This document shows positions 24,400-37,981 of a stretch of DNA of 64,000 nt, piece by piece (within the stretch, counting starts at the first letter, position 1; each line of letters starts with the position of its first letter). Made by a program: the position numbers and the translations under genes. This DNA is from Epiperipatus broadwayi (taxonomy: Eukaryota; Animalia; Onychophora), in the NCBI GenBank assembly GCA_028023455.1, contig JAQFVV010000004.1, positions 16,802,001-16,866,000 on the forward strand, given 5' to 3'. A model generated the notes under the pieces. That model saw only the letters and a list, made by a program, of their open reading frames with translations, was not told the origin of the DNA and made no database searches.

Positions 24400-26250
24400 C
24401 CTCCCTCTCTCAAGGTTGATAGTCAGACTCCATAAGTGGATTATTATTCTAAACAATTTAAAAGTTAAATGGAATAATCTGAATGCACTAAGAGAAGCAT
24501 ATGAGACAACATGTGAAATGCTCATAGAGTAATACTTATCCATTAAAAAGGTAAATCATATTTTGGAAAGCCATATACATGATCAAGAAATTATATACAA
24601 CAAGCATGAGCTAATCTTCAATAATTAAGGTACCCATGGTAATAAAAGTTCAACAAAAATAATGTCGGGAAACAATATGTTATTTCCAATATATTAAAAA
24701 TTTATAAATAAGATTTGAGGTTGCAGCAGTTTCATTCTTCATAAACAATTTGTTGAAGACCTAAAAGAAGAAATAGAATCAAACCAAATGAAATTCAAAA
24801 CTAGCTATAACACCAAACTAAAAAACAACCTGAAATTCATGGAATTCCTAGCTTTATGTATAGCTACTTCAGCACATTACAAAATTCTTAAAAGTCCTAG
24901 CAAGTTTTTAATCCAAAGGCATTTATCAGATAAATGATCTATATCACATGTTATTAGTATCTTTTATTAAAAAACAAGAAACAATACATGAATTAGAAAA
25001 CTTATATTCTATATCCATGAGTTAGCTTGGGATAAAAATTTTGTAATCAATATTAAAAGATAAATTGGGTTCTCTACAGGACAGGCAGTTTTTCTTTTCA
25101 AAACTGTGCCAGATTCTGTGAGAAAAATAAAATATAATCAATAGAATTATCTAATAGTTCAGTTGGATATAAAGTTTGCTTTTGATATGATTCCATTTGA
25201 CTTGCTAATTAACATTTTGACAGATGCAGGCAAACCTACAGCACTTCCTTATTTGCTTATGAATTTAGTACTAAATATTCTCACTCAACCATTTAACCCT
25301 CATAGATAAGTTCCTCAAGGATCTTCATTAAGCACACTACTATTTGTCACATACATTAATCCATTGTTAAAAAAACTGAACAGGAATTAACTGGCATATA
25401 TATTTCTGGATTAAATTAAAATATCTCATATAATGCATACAAGGGAAGATGTCACAGTATTTCTGACATCTCAAAAGCAATTCCTCATATTATTAAAAAT
25501 ATTAAATGAATAAAGTAGAGAGTTCAAACCAGATTTCTATATGAATTAATCATCCACATGGTTGATTTATACAGGAACAATTTTGGACATATATTTTAAA
25601 GAAAAGCCTAATCCATATCTTGGCTTTACATTCTAATTCAGAAATACATAATAATATAAAAAAATCAATTTAAAAGTAAATTGAAAACATTACCAATTTC
25701 TTATCCAAGTCACACTTTTCTCTATTTAAAGACATCATTGATTAATATGTTAATTATAAATAGGATCATGTATTATTCTCCTGATGTTTTATTTATTAAA
25801 GCTTTCACAACAAATACATATTCACAATGTAGAAAACTTACCTAGGATAGACAGATAGTAAACAATAACAGAAAAGTTTAGGTTTGCAAAATAATATATT
25901 CACAAAACAAAAGACACAACATAATATTATCATGCTCAGAAATGTTTCAGCAACTCAAATTAATGATGAAAATTACAACAATAGAAAAACTTCCTTCAGT
26001 CAATGGATACTGGAAACATTTATCAGCAATCACATTCATTTCTAATTTTTGTTTTTATCCATCTAAAAACATATTAAATATTGGAATGTCTACTCATTGT
26101 TGCATATACAAATAAATTGTAATGGATATTTGCCCATTACATTAATCCTCCGAGGGTGCTTCAAATACAACTATACTCAAGCTTAATAACAAGCTTCTAA
26201 TTAGAAAATTTAAATTTTGGATGTTAGAACCAAAATGCAGTGATTTCTTT
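24400..26250 (+). mobile_element. Highly decayed non-LTR retrotransposon RT region
   Basis: Remnants DRQFSF, VQLDIKFAFDMI (25165-25195), VPQGSSLSTLLFVTYINPL (25308-25365), YLGFTF; boundaries approximate. Confidence 0.7.
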
Positions 26251-26328
26251 ATTAAATAAAACTTGAATCCCTTCCCACATTACATTTGTGTAGGCATAAA
26301 AAACAATATATGAATGTGGACGACGAGT

Positions 26329-26638
26329 CTAGTCCATGCCACAAAAATATTGAAACACAGTCTCACTTTTTTTTTTGAGTGTCCAAGTTTTAATAACATA
26401 AGGTCTGTGGGGATCATTCAATAATTTCAACCTTAACTTAAAATCTCTCTTTAATGTCTTCACTTTGGATATGTATGCAAATATTTGAGCATGCACTTTC
26501 ATTCTGTATGTATGGTGGTGCATTAGATTTACCTTTATGCATAATAATAACTGTAGAAAATACCCTAAAACATGTTGGAACAAATTGGAAACAATAAAAA
26601 CAAGAGACTGGAAGATAACCCCTGATAGTACATTTCAT
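26329..26638 (-). mobile_element. Short deleted RTE-type fragment
   Basis: KLRLKLLNDPHRPYVIKTWTLKK resembles the RTE LYG.ETWTL motif. Confidence 0.45.
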
Positions 26639-26723
26639 ATTACTTGGTCCCTTTTAAAACAGCATGTGAGGCCTCAGCTAGATACATCTAGCTCGGAATG
26701 ACAGAAGATACAGAAAAAATATT

Positions 26724-27500
26724 AAAGTGATTGTATTTTTTTGCATGAATTTTTTTTTGTTTGATTGTGTGACCCCCCCCCCCCTTTGTAACAGAATTGT
26801 ACATATTACTGTAACCATAAATAACCTATGCTAGACATATACAAATTATCATATATGTATTATATTAATGATGAAGTTGTAATATAACTCTTTTCTTTTT
26901 TGTAATTGAATTGTAAATTTTATTATAACTATGAGTAGCTATGCTAGACATAAAGTACTTTGAAAACTAACAATATTAATAATAACAATAATAATGATAA
27001 TAAAAATAATTTTTCATTAAAACAATATCAGTTATTTACAAAAAATAAATATGTTGATGATTAAATAAATGAACATAGAAATAAAATTCATAACAGAAGA
27101 GAAAGAAAAAAGATTAGAGTGAGTGTAGTTTTGAGTGTATTTTTTTTGTGTGTTTTTGTAACTGAATTGTACATATTACTGTAACCATAAATAACCTATG
27201 ATAGACATATACCAATTGTCTTATATGTATTATACTAATGTTGACGTTGTAATCTAACTCTTTTTTTTTGTAACTGAATTGTAAATTTTATTATAATTGT
27301 AAATAGTCTATGATAGACATGTACCAATTATAATATATCAATGTTTATAGTTTTGATGTAACCTTTGTTTTAAAAAATCAGTAAAGTGCTTTGAAAACTT
27401 ATATTAATAACAACAATAATGATGATGATAAAATATTTTTTTATTAAAACAATATCAGTTATTTATAAAAAAAGAAATATGTTGAATGTAGAAATAAAAC
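26724..27500. repeat. ~370-bp tandem repeat (2 units) with internal ~115-bp subrepeat
   Basis: GTAACWGAATTGTACATATTACTGTAACCATAAATAACCTATG at 26788 and 27158; GTAAYTGAATTGTAAATTTTATTATAA recurs within each unit. Confidence 0.85.
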
Positions 27501-28831
27501 TCATAACAAGGATGTATTTTTAAACTTATGATGTCTGAATTTATTTTTGAATTAATGGACAATTCTATATTAAATGTTTATTTTTATTTTATATACATTT
27601 TGTATGTGGACTATCTTTTTTTTTAATATACACTTTTTATTATAAAATATATTACTTTATTCATTTTATTAAATATGTATTTATAATAAATTCAACAATA
27701 AATGCAGATATAAATTTAAATATAAATGTGGACTGTTTTTTTTTAGTTTTAATTTCTGCATATATTTGATTTGTCATTGATGTTTTTTGATAAAAATTGG
27801 TATTGCTTTAATAAATAAATTATTTTCACTGTAAAATATACTACTTAATTTTCACTTTGTTATATATGTAATATTTTTACATAAGTGTGTGAATATGCTT
27901 GACAAAGTAGAATACTTTTTTTTTCTGCTTTATTATCTGGCTAAGTGTACTTTCATTGTGTTGCTACTTGATTTTATTTAATACATTCTTGTAGCCTAAA
28001 TTCAATAATAAATGTGAACATTTTATTTATTAATTAGTATTTCACCCACTCTATATAACTCTATCAAGTGAGTAGATTGTACACTACATTAACACAACGT
28101 ACATATGTATTACAGAAAATGTAGACACTAAATAGGAATAGGGAGGGACAAAATATTATGAAAAATAAAATATAGAGTTAAAAAAAAAAAGACAATATAG
28201 TATAAAAAACAGTATCAATATTGAAGCTGAAGATATTTATGAGATGAGTTGCAAAATGCATTAAGGCAAAAACAAATAGTCTTTAAAAAAATGTAGCAGT
28301 CTCAATGAAAATATAGAATGATAAAATTGTGATATACAGGATATAAGAATAAAAAAGATTATGGAAAAAAATAAGACAATTTGGGAATAAAGCCAATAGA
28401 ATAATTAGGAAAGATTTTTCAAGAATGGAATGCAAAGAAACGAAATACTATAAATTATATTGATACAAATAATTAAGATTTATATGGGGAGTTTTGTTAA
28501 AAAAAAATGTATCGCATTAAAAAATGAGCCGAGTATTTACGTTTTTTAATATTACTTAAAAAGTCAAGTAGAGAGAGCTATGGCCTCTAAATTGGACAGA
28601 AATTTTTTGTTCTGCCATTTTGTAGTCCAAATTTTTTTCACCAGAGTGTTTCTTGTCGAATTATTTAAAAATTTGTTGTGAAATATCAAATACACGGCGA
28701 CATAAAATTATATGGTAACATCTGAAATCCGGGCATGGCCACTTGATGGCGTTGATGCTATACAAAATCAATATAAAGTTTTTCATATATGGTGGCTGGA
28801 AGAGTTGCAAAATAGATGGAAGAAAATAATG

Positions 28832-30935
28832 TATGGATATACAAAAGGTTTTTGATCAGAGTAAACACCATTTTAAAAATGTTATGGGAAACTTTAATGC
28901 TAGAATTGGTAAACAAATGAAAGATGAAAGTGCTGCAAGTAAATTTGGTTTTGGTAATAGAAATAAGAGAGGACACAGACTTGTGGAGTTTGCAGAAAAA
29001 GAAAAACTTTATATTATGAATTCTTTTTTTGAGAAAAATGTTAAAAGAAATGGACATGGAAGCATTCAAATGAAGATACAGAAGAATTGGATTATATTTT
29101 GACTAACAGAAAATACATATTTCAGGATTGTAATGTTCTTAATAAATTTAACACTGGAAGTGATCATCGATTAGCAAGATGTAAGATACATGTTAATGCA
29201 AAACTAGAGAGACAAAAATTATTAAGAAAAACATTTTCAGTTGATATTCCTAATCTTCACAAACATTCTAATGAATTCAAATTAGAACTTGCAAATCGGT
29301 TTAAAATATTAATAGATTTTGAACATGATTCAGATTTGAATGAAATTAATAAGAAACTAACTGATACACAATTAAGAACTACAACAAAGATAGTTTGGGC
29401 AAAAAAGCAGTGATTGACCAGTAAAATTTATTCTGAGATAAGACAATTTATGAAGAAAAGAAAGAATATGTAAATATATAAAAATTATGCATTTTATCTC
29501 GAATTTTGCAAAATGGTGTGAAAAAGAGTTGATAATGATATAAGAAAGTATAATTGTTAACTGTCAAGGAAAGCTATAGAAGAAAATTAAAATATCAAGA
29601 GTGTAAAAGAAAATCTTGGTTTTGGTAGCAAACTTATTTCTGCAAGAAGAAAAAAAAATGGAACTATTACTAAAAAGAGAGATGACATCATGAAATGGGT
29701 AGAAGAGTTCTATCAAGAATTATATAGTAATAAAGAACAAGTACCTTCTACATCTATTATATCTTCTGAATTGCCCAGAATTTTAAATGAAGAAATGTGA
29801 CATGCAATTAAATTTATGAAGAAAGGAAAAGCTCCATGTAATGATGGAATTATAATTGATATATTAAAAGAAGCAGATGAAGAAATAGAAAAAAAATTTG
29901 GCGAAGTTATACACCAAATGTCTAATTGATAAAGATATACCCAGATGATTGGAAGAATGCAGAATTCATATTAATATTTAAAAAAGGTGATAAAAAGAAT
30001 ATTAGAAATTACAGACCTATCAATCTTTTATGTTTTATACAAAATTTTTACCAAGATAATTACAATTTGTCTACATTGGATTTCCACAAACCAAGAGAAC
30101 AAACTGGATTTAAAAGTGGGTTTAGTACAGTAGATCATAGCCAAGTATTGAGAGAAGTTAGAGAAAGGACTAATGAATATAAATTGCCATTATGCTTTGC
30201 ATTTGTAGATTATGAAAAGATGTTTGATTCTATAAGCATTTCTTCAGTGATTAAAGCATTGGATCATCAAAATATAGACACAGGATATTGTCATATTCTG
30301 AAGAATATTTATAAAAATGCAATAGCAACAATTAGATTATATAATGATATTAGGAAGATTAACATTGAGATGTAAGACAGGGTGATTCCATATCTCCAAA
30401 ACATTTTACAGCAGTGCTGCAAGAAGCAATGGGAAACTAAAGGAGTAAAAGTAAATGGAGATTATTTAAGTCATTTAGATTTTGCAGATGGTATAGTTGT
30501 TTTTGGAAATAATGCTTTAGCGCTTCAGGAAATGTTGCATGAGTTATCAGGTGAAAGTAGGACAAAAGGTAAATGTTAAAATGACTAAAGTAATGTTCAT
30601 TGGATTTTCTCAAAAGATGAAAATAAAGATTGATTATAACAAGTTAGAAAAAGTTAAGAACTTCAAATACCATAGTCAGATTATTACTACAGGTTGAAAC
30701 ATAATGGATAAAATTAATCATAGAATTAAACTTGATTGGAGTTATTTTTGTAGAAATAACTTAATACTAAAAGGAAATATGCATTTTTTGAAAAGGAAGG
30801 TTTTTAATAAAAGTTTTTTACCAGTTCTTACTTATGTATCTGAAACTTGGACACTTAATACAAGAACAATACAGGGACTTTAGACCACTCAAAGAAGTAT
30901 GGAGAGATGCAGGTTAGGAGTAACAAGAAGAGATA
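28832..30935 (+). mobile_element. Decayed, 5'- and 3'-truncated copy of the RTE family at 982-4289
   Basis: Collinear with 3445->1290 of the first copy (MDIQKVFDQSKHHFK, DYILTNRKY, DYEKMFD, LDFADG); many stops and frameshifts; no tail. Confidence 0.95.
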
Positions 30936-31992
30936 TACCTAATCATATTATATCAATAATTTTAGTTGCATGTTATGATTTTAATAATTATTATTTTTGT
31001 TCAAGTTATTACTATTTTATATTATAGTGATATTCAATGTATGAACCAATTTGTATTAAACATGTTTATCAAAAGAACTTAATGAAAGTCAGATTTAGAA
31101 TATTAATTTTCTTTTAATTAGATTGGAAGGAAATGATACACGTGAATCAATATTTATACTATTATTAATTGCATATTTTATTTTAAATTATAATTGTGTT
31201 GTTATTATAAATTTATTAAACGCACATTGATTACGTAAGTAATATTTACTGAGGCTATAACCTCGGTAATATACGTATAAAATGCGATAGTAGGGACCTC
31301 TACAGGTGTTATAAAATTATTTATTTTGAGGAATTTCATGTTTATATATACAGTATTGTGATTCAGTTTTTTAGTCTGAAAACTAAGATAAGGACTCGGA
31401 GAATGTAAACAGAGATTATTATAAGAGAGAAGAGTTTACCTCATCAGTTTCAGAAATTAAGTTGTGGCACCTTTAAGGCATAATAATTATTTCATATATA
31501 AAAATAAAATTATATCTGTTTTACAAATATTATTTTCCAAATACCAAATCTTAGGTGGATTTGTAGGTCCATCCTGTTATATATTTGGCAGTCTATAGCT
31601 ATTAGTCATGGATAGTTGACTTTAAATCCCTTTTTCATTAGAATATTTTCTGCAGGACTGTTCCGTTTTTGCATAATTTTTTTTGCATATTTCCCTTCAT
31701 TATGAATTCAAACAGAAGTAAACTAACTCCCTCATAATATACCAACAAATAACTCTCATCTATCAATAAACAATTCATTCTGTTTATCTTCGTTGAAATA
31801 TAAATATTATTTAGCTATAGCTTATAGTAAGGGAATTCGTTTTTTTCTATTTGAATTTCATACTTATTAATCTATGCCTATTAATATTTACATACATATT
31901 TGTTTTTATAATTGCATTCATTATCCCAATTCTTTACTATGTTATGATGATACATGCATTGATAAAAAACATAAAAAGATATGAATATATAT

Positions 31993-34574
31993 TATACCAG
32001 TCCATACTCCCTGCGGAATTCTTTTCCTAATCTTGCACTGAGCATGAAGTGACCAAGATTCAACAGGTAAAGAAATGGATATCAATCTAGCCGATTGTCT
32101 GTACTCATGTATATTGGTACTTCCAGCTAAATTGATAGAAAGAGTGGATTGACAGGACTCTTCCAGTTAAAAACACCCTTTAGTTGATATCTTATTTGAA
32201 TGCCCGAATATTTAGAACAATGGCAAGTACACACCTTTGAAAAATCTATTTACAAAATAGACCTTTGCGTGCCACTTCTAGAAAAGAATCAAATAATGAA
32301 TTTTTCACCCTCCTAGAAGGATGTGCAATACCATATGTTCAGCGGAGCATAAGAATAAGATGTAATACCCCGGTAGAGCGATATCCCTTTGTGGCTAGCT
32401 CAGTCACTCTACAATCTAGGGTCTTCAAATGGGTAAGTTAAATGATTATTACCGGTACGTGGTTGATAAGGAAAAAATACATTTTGATCAATATAAATAA
32501 TAATATGAAAACGAAACAAGTTTAATATTATGATTAAATATTTATTTAATCCCAAATACCCACCACTGTTTCATACTAATGATGATATAATAACAAAATA
32601 TTAAGTAATTAATTATCCCAAACCATATATATTCGAGGCATTGAAATAGATAAAATACAATTTTAAATAAGAAAAATAATAAATCCCTAAAGCTATTTAC
32701 AATGTTTATAAGTAATGGAATGGTCTGAGCTCTTTTTACCCAATAGAAATAAATTTTACTTTGTGTGATTTGATATACAGATATGAGATTTTCGGTCATA
32801 CAGGTATACGCTTTTACTGATAACTTTAAAACCTTTTTATTGATAGCAAATAAAAAAAAAGACAACTAGGCATACATATATTTGCAATATGAGATATTTC
32901 ACGAATTTCATACTTTTCAACAAGTCAACAAGGTTGCATTGGCTCAGATACTATATTGTACTCACCATAAGGTACTGTATCTATTTCCCTTTCGCTAAAG
33001 ATAAATTCCTGTACATGTATATACGCGCATCACAATTATACACTTACTATTACTTTAAATATAAAGTTATTAGAGTACTTGCTTACAGGGAATCTATAAT
33101 AGATCAATCCCTTCTTGCACTCATCATAAGGTGCAGCAGTAACAAAAAAAAAAACTTAAAAAGGATATACGGTTAAATACATTTTTAGATATTCAGCAGG
33201 AGATATCGTATTTATTATAAGCGTATGTACGCATACATGTATATCCATATATGACGAATTCCAGGAGTAACAACAAGAGGAAAATGAATAGCAACAAAAA
33301 AAAAAAATCTCATTGCAATCTTTGTTGAAAATACTAGAATTTGAAATAGAAAAATTGACTCAAAGGATTTAAGTAAAAGCTTTATCATTTATGCCTGTAA
33401 TAACCGCAAATTCATATACATATGCGAGAGATTCTCTCTCTTTTTTAAAAGATTGATAATAATAACAAAAAAATATATTTAATCGGAAATATCAAAGTTA
33501 ATTATCTCAATATTAATAAATATCTTAAAATAAACTTATATCTGTGTCTTCATTCTTCTCCTCTGGGCTCTTGAGTGGGCTTCAAGTTAACTGGCTGTGT
33601 GGTGAGGATTTCATCCATTTAGCAAGGCGGCGTTTGTCATCATCATGGGCGGCTGGAATTGGCATGGTCACATCTTGGCGGCTTGGGACAAAGAAAGGGC
33701 GGTGCACCGGCTAGTCTACCCCATGGTCATTTTACTGGACTCACTGGTAGATTGCTTCATATTTTCCTCTGTTTGTATATGATAATAAATTTTATCAAAT
33801 GTTCATTTTCTATCTTGACTAGTTTATTAAATTCTTAAGAAATCAAGAGTTCTTAAAAGAACTATATAATGGATTTCTTAGAAAATGTCAGCAGCGGTCT
33901 AGTCCATAAATTTATCTCTAAGTTGCTAGATGATTAAAAATCTCTGGAGCCAAAGTAGTGAACGACTTGAATGCCAAAGAAAGAATGAATCCCACAGCAC
34001 TATCAATCCCACTAATAAGAACCAATTCAGATATCCCTCTGAGAAGAATGAATCAGCCAATCCTTTTAATTTAGCTTATCACTTAGATTGCAAACATTCC
34101 TTTATATTTTTCCGATTAAATTCTACATTTTAAGTTTGACATCTATCTTGAATAACCCAGACCACTTGCTTACAAAATCAATTCAAAAGAATTTTTTTAA
34201 AAAGATAACAGTTTAATTATAGCATTATCAAACCTTTTGCTTTTGATCAGATTTTTGCAAAAGCAATTAACATTACTTGCTTATGGAATAAAATTACAAT
34301 CTTTAGAAAAGTAATTAAAAAAAATATACAATATGTTGGAAAAAACAAAACAAAAACAAATACATATAATGACATATCATAAAAAATATACAAAAAGGAA
34401 AAACAAAAATAAAAAAAATACATGAGTTTATTATACGTGTACAATATTTAAATTTGTGTGTGTGGGTATTCGACTGCTCAGACCGAACCTCCATTATTAA
34501 TCTAGCACATTTTTATATTTGTTGTGCTTAATGCAGACTTTGTGCAAGGCCATTTGATAATGCCTGGCACAATA
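31993..34574. repeat. Segmental tandem duplication, copy 1 (~2.58 kb)
   Basis: Starts TATACCAGTCCATACTCCC, ends CTGGCACAATA; near-identical to 34762-37342. Confidence 0.97.
32261..32432 (+). CDS. Candidate coding exon inside the duplicated unit (second copy 35030-35201), unidentified protein
   Basis: AG acceptor at 32259-60 (weak pyrimidine tract), 57 open codons PLRATSRKES..SRVFKW, strong donor TGG|GTAAGT; 4 synonymous vs 2 nonsynonymous differences between copies; phase 0 fits the acceptor at 37382. Confidence 0.3.
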
Positions 34575-34761
34575 CCCCCTCTCCAATGAGACTTTTAAAT
34601 GGATATGACCATTTAAAGTCCTAAATTCTTATTTACATAGATATTAAGTATATGTTTACTAGTTATATTTTTACTGTAATTTTCACATTTATATAATTTA
34701 ACTTGTTCTTTCCTTAATCATACCATTTTTACATTTAAACCACGTGTGGCACCAGTTTTAC

Positions 34762-37342
34762 TATACCAGTCCATACTCCCTGCGGAATTCTTTTCCTAAT
34801 CTTGCACTGAGCATGAAGTGACCAAGATTCAACAGGTAAATAAATGGATATCAATCTAGCCGATTGTCTGTACTCATGTATATTGGTACTTCCAGCTAAA
34901 TTGATAGAAAGAGTGGATTGACAGGACTCTTCCAGTTAAAAACACCCTTTAGTTGATATCTTATTTGAATGCCCGAATATTTAGAACAATGGCAAGTACA
35001 CACCTTTGAAAAATCTATTTACAAAATAGACCTTTGCGCGCCACTTCTAGAAAAGAATCAAAAAATGAATTTTTCACCCTCCTAGAAGGATGTGCAATAC
35101 CATATGTTCAGCGGAGCATAAGAATAAGATTTAACACCCCAGTAGAGCGATATCCCTTTGTGGCTAGCTCAGTCACTCTACAATCCAGGGTCTTCAAATG
35201 GGTAAGTTAAATGATTATTACCGGTACGTGGTTGATAAGGAAAAAATACATTTTGATCAATATAAATAATAATATGAAAACGAAACAAGTTTAATATTAT
35301 GATTAAATATTTATTTAATCCCAAATACCCACCACCGTTTCATACTAATGATGATATAATAACAAAATACTAAATAATTAATTATCCCAAACCATATATA
35401 TTCGAGGCGTTGAAATAGATAAAATACAATTTTAAATAAGAAAAATAATAAATCCCTAAAGCTATTTACAATGTTTATAAGTAATGGAAGTGGTCTGAGC
35501 TCTTTTTACCCAATAGAAATAAATTTTACTTTGTGTGATTTGATATACAGATATGAGATTTTCGGTCATACAGGTATACGCTTTTACTGATAACTTTAAA
35601 ACCTTTTTATTGATAGCAAATAAAAAAAAAAGACAACTAGGCATACGTATATTTGCAATATGAGATATTTCACGAATTTCATACTTTTCAACAAGTCAAC
35701 AAGGTTGCATTGGCTCAGATACTATATCGTACTCACCATAAGGTACTGTATCTATTTCCCTCTCGCTATAGATAAATTCCTGTACATGTATATACGCGCA
35801 TCACAATTATACACTTACTATTACTTTAAATATAAAGTTATTAGAGTACTTGCTTACAGGGAATCTATAATAGATCAATCCCTTCTTGCACTCATCATAA
35901 GGTGCAGCAGTAACAAAAAAAAAAACTTAAAAAGGATATACGGTTAAATACATTTTTAGATATTCAGCATGAGATATCGTATTTACCGAATATTATAAGT
36001 GTATGTACGCATATACATACATGTATATCCATATATGACTAATTCCAGGAGTAACAACAAGAGGAAAATGAATAGCAACAAAAAAAAAATCTCATTGCAA
36101 TCTTTGTTGAAAATACTAGAATTTGAAATAGAAAAATTGACTCAAAGGATTTAAGTAAAAGCTTTATCATTTATGCCAGTAATAACCGCAAATTCATATA
36201 CATATGCGAGAGATTCTCTCTCTTTTTTAAATGATTGATAATAATAACAAAAAAATAATATATTTAATCGGAAATATCAAAGTTAATTATCTCAATATTA
36301 ATAAATATCTTAAAATAAACTTATATCTGTGTCTTCATTCTTCTCCTCTGGGCTCTTGAGTGGGCTTCAAGTTAACTGGCTGTGTGGTGAGGATTTCATC
36401 CATTTAGCAAGGCGGCGTTTGTCATCATCGTGGGCGGCTGGAATTGGCGTGGTCACATCTTGGCGGCTTGGGACAGAGAAAGGGCGGTGCACGGCTAGTT
36501 GTCTACCCCATGGTCATTTTACTGGACTCACTGGTAGATTGCTTCATATTTTCCTCTGTTTGTATATGATAATAAATTTTATCAAATGTTCATTTTCTAT
36601 CTTGACTAGTTTATTAAATTCTTAAGAAATCAAGAGTTCTTAAAAGAACTATATAATGGATTTCTTAGAAAATGTCAGCAGCAGTCTAGTCCATAAATTT
36701 ATCTCTAAGTTACTAGATGATTGAAAATCTCTGGAGCCAAAGTAGTGAACGACTTGAATGCCAAAGAAAGAATGAATCCCACAGCACTATCAATCCCACT
36801 AATAAGAACCAATTCAGATATCCCTCTGAGAAGAATGAATCAGCCAATCCTTTTAATTTAGCTTATCACTTAGATTGCAAACATTCCTTTATATTTTTCC
36901 GATTAAATTCTACATTTTAAGTTTGACATCTATCTTGAATAACCCAGACCACTTGCTTACAAAATCAATTCAAAAGAATTTTTTTTAAAGAGATAACAGT
37001 TTAATTATAGCATTATCAAACCTTTTGCTTTTGATCAGATTTTTGCAAAAGCAATTAACATTACTTGCTTACGGAATAAAATTACAATCTTTAGAAAAGT
37101 AATTAAAAAAAATATACAAGTATGTTGGAAAATAAAAAAAAAACAAATACATATAATGACATATCATAAAAAATATACAAAAAGGAAAAACAAAAATAAA
37201 AAAATACATGAGTTTATTATACGTGTACAATATTTAAATTTGTGTGTGTGGGTATTCTACTGCTCAGACCGAACCTCCATTATTAATCTAGCACATTTTT
37301 ATATTTGGTGTGCTTAATACAGACTTTGTGCCTGGCACAATA
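34762..37342. repeat. Segmental tandem duplication, copy 2
   Basis: Period 2769 bp; 187-bp unique spacer 34575-34761; small indels incl. an 18-bp difference with TGC microhomology near the end. Confidence 0.97.
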
Positions 37343-37381
37343 TATATATTTTATTGAGTTTGCATTTTTTTTTTTTTTCAG

Positions 37382-37981
37382 AATTATTGTGAAAGTATCT
37401 CAAAATTAATCCAAAAAAAGCCTATTTCATCGCAATAAGCTCAAAAATAATTCTATTTCTCTGAGTACTTCTGAAAACAATTTTATTAGCTCAAGTGCAC
37501 TTCATGATAAAAGTGATGCATTATTGAATTTACATTCATTAATAAAGGAAATGAAAAAAGAAGATACTATTGAAGGTAACTGCAAATCACAAGAAACAAT
37601 CAAGTTAAGATATTTAATTAAGAAAAATGATAATTATTTAGTTAACAAAGAAGAAATAAATTATGACAAAAAACAACAAACTTGTTGCATTGAAAATAGC
37701 TTAAGTGAGAGAAATAATTTTGATTTGAGCATGGATTTTTTAAATAATACCGATGAGAAATATGATTTTTTTATCTTTAGAACTTAGTGCTGAGAGTTTT
37801 ATCTTTAGAACTTAGTGCTGAGAGTTATGATGCTGAATCTTTAGAATCAATTGGATCTAAAAACCCAATTCCGTATAAAAATAGCAAATGTAATTCATTA
37901 TTATTTTTAGAAGAATTGAATTGTTTAAAAAAATCTAAACCACGAATTAAAAAATATCATACTATTGTTGCAGAAAATTAA
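37382..37981 (+). pseudogene. Disrupted terminal-exon-like coding segment (N/K/S/E-rich, unidentified)
   Basis: Strong T-run-CAG acceptor; long open stretches in AT-rich DNA; frame breaks at an A7 run (~37412), a T run (~37766) and a 28-bp tandem duplication (37773/37801). Confidence 0.5.

Noticed and set aside
26315-26365. CGACGAG...GAAACACAGTC hammerhead-like string
   Set aside because: Core lacks U4, no stem II, and it overlaps the end of a minus-strand RTE fragment
32542-35947. Duplicated AT-rich ORFs (32542, 32889, 35462, 35660)
   Set aside because: F/Y/I/K-rich composition typical of non-coding AT-rich DNA; repeated only because of the segmental duplication, and one is frameshifted between copies
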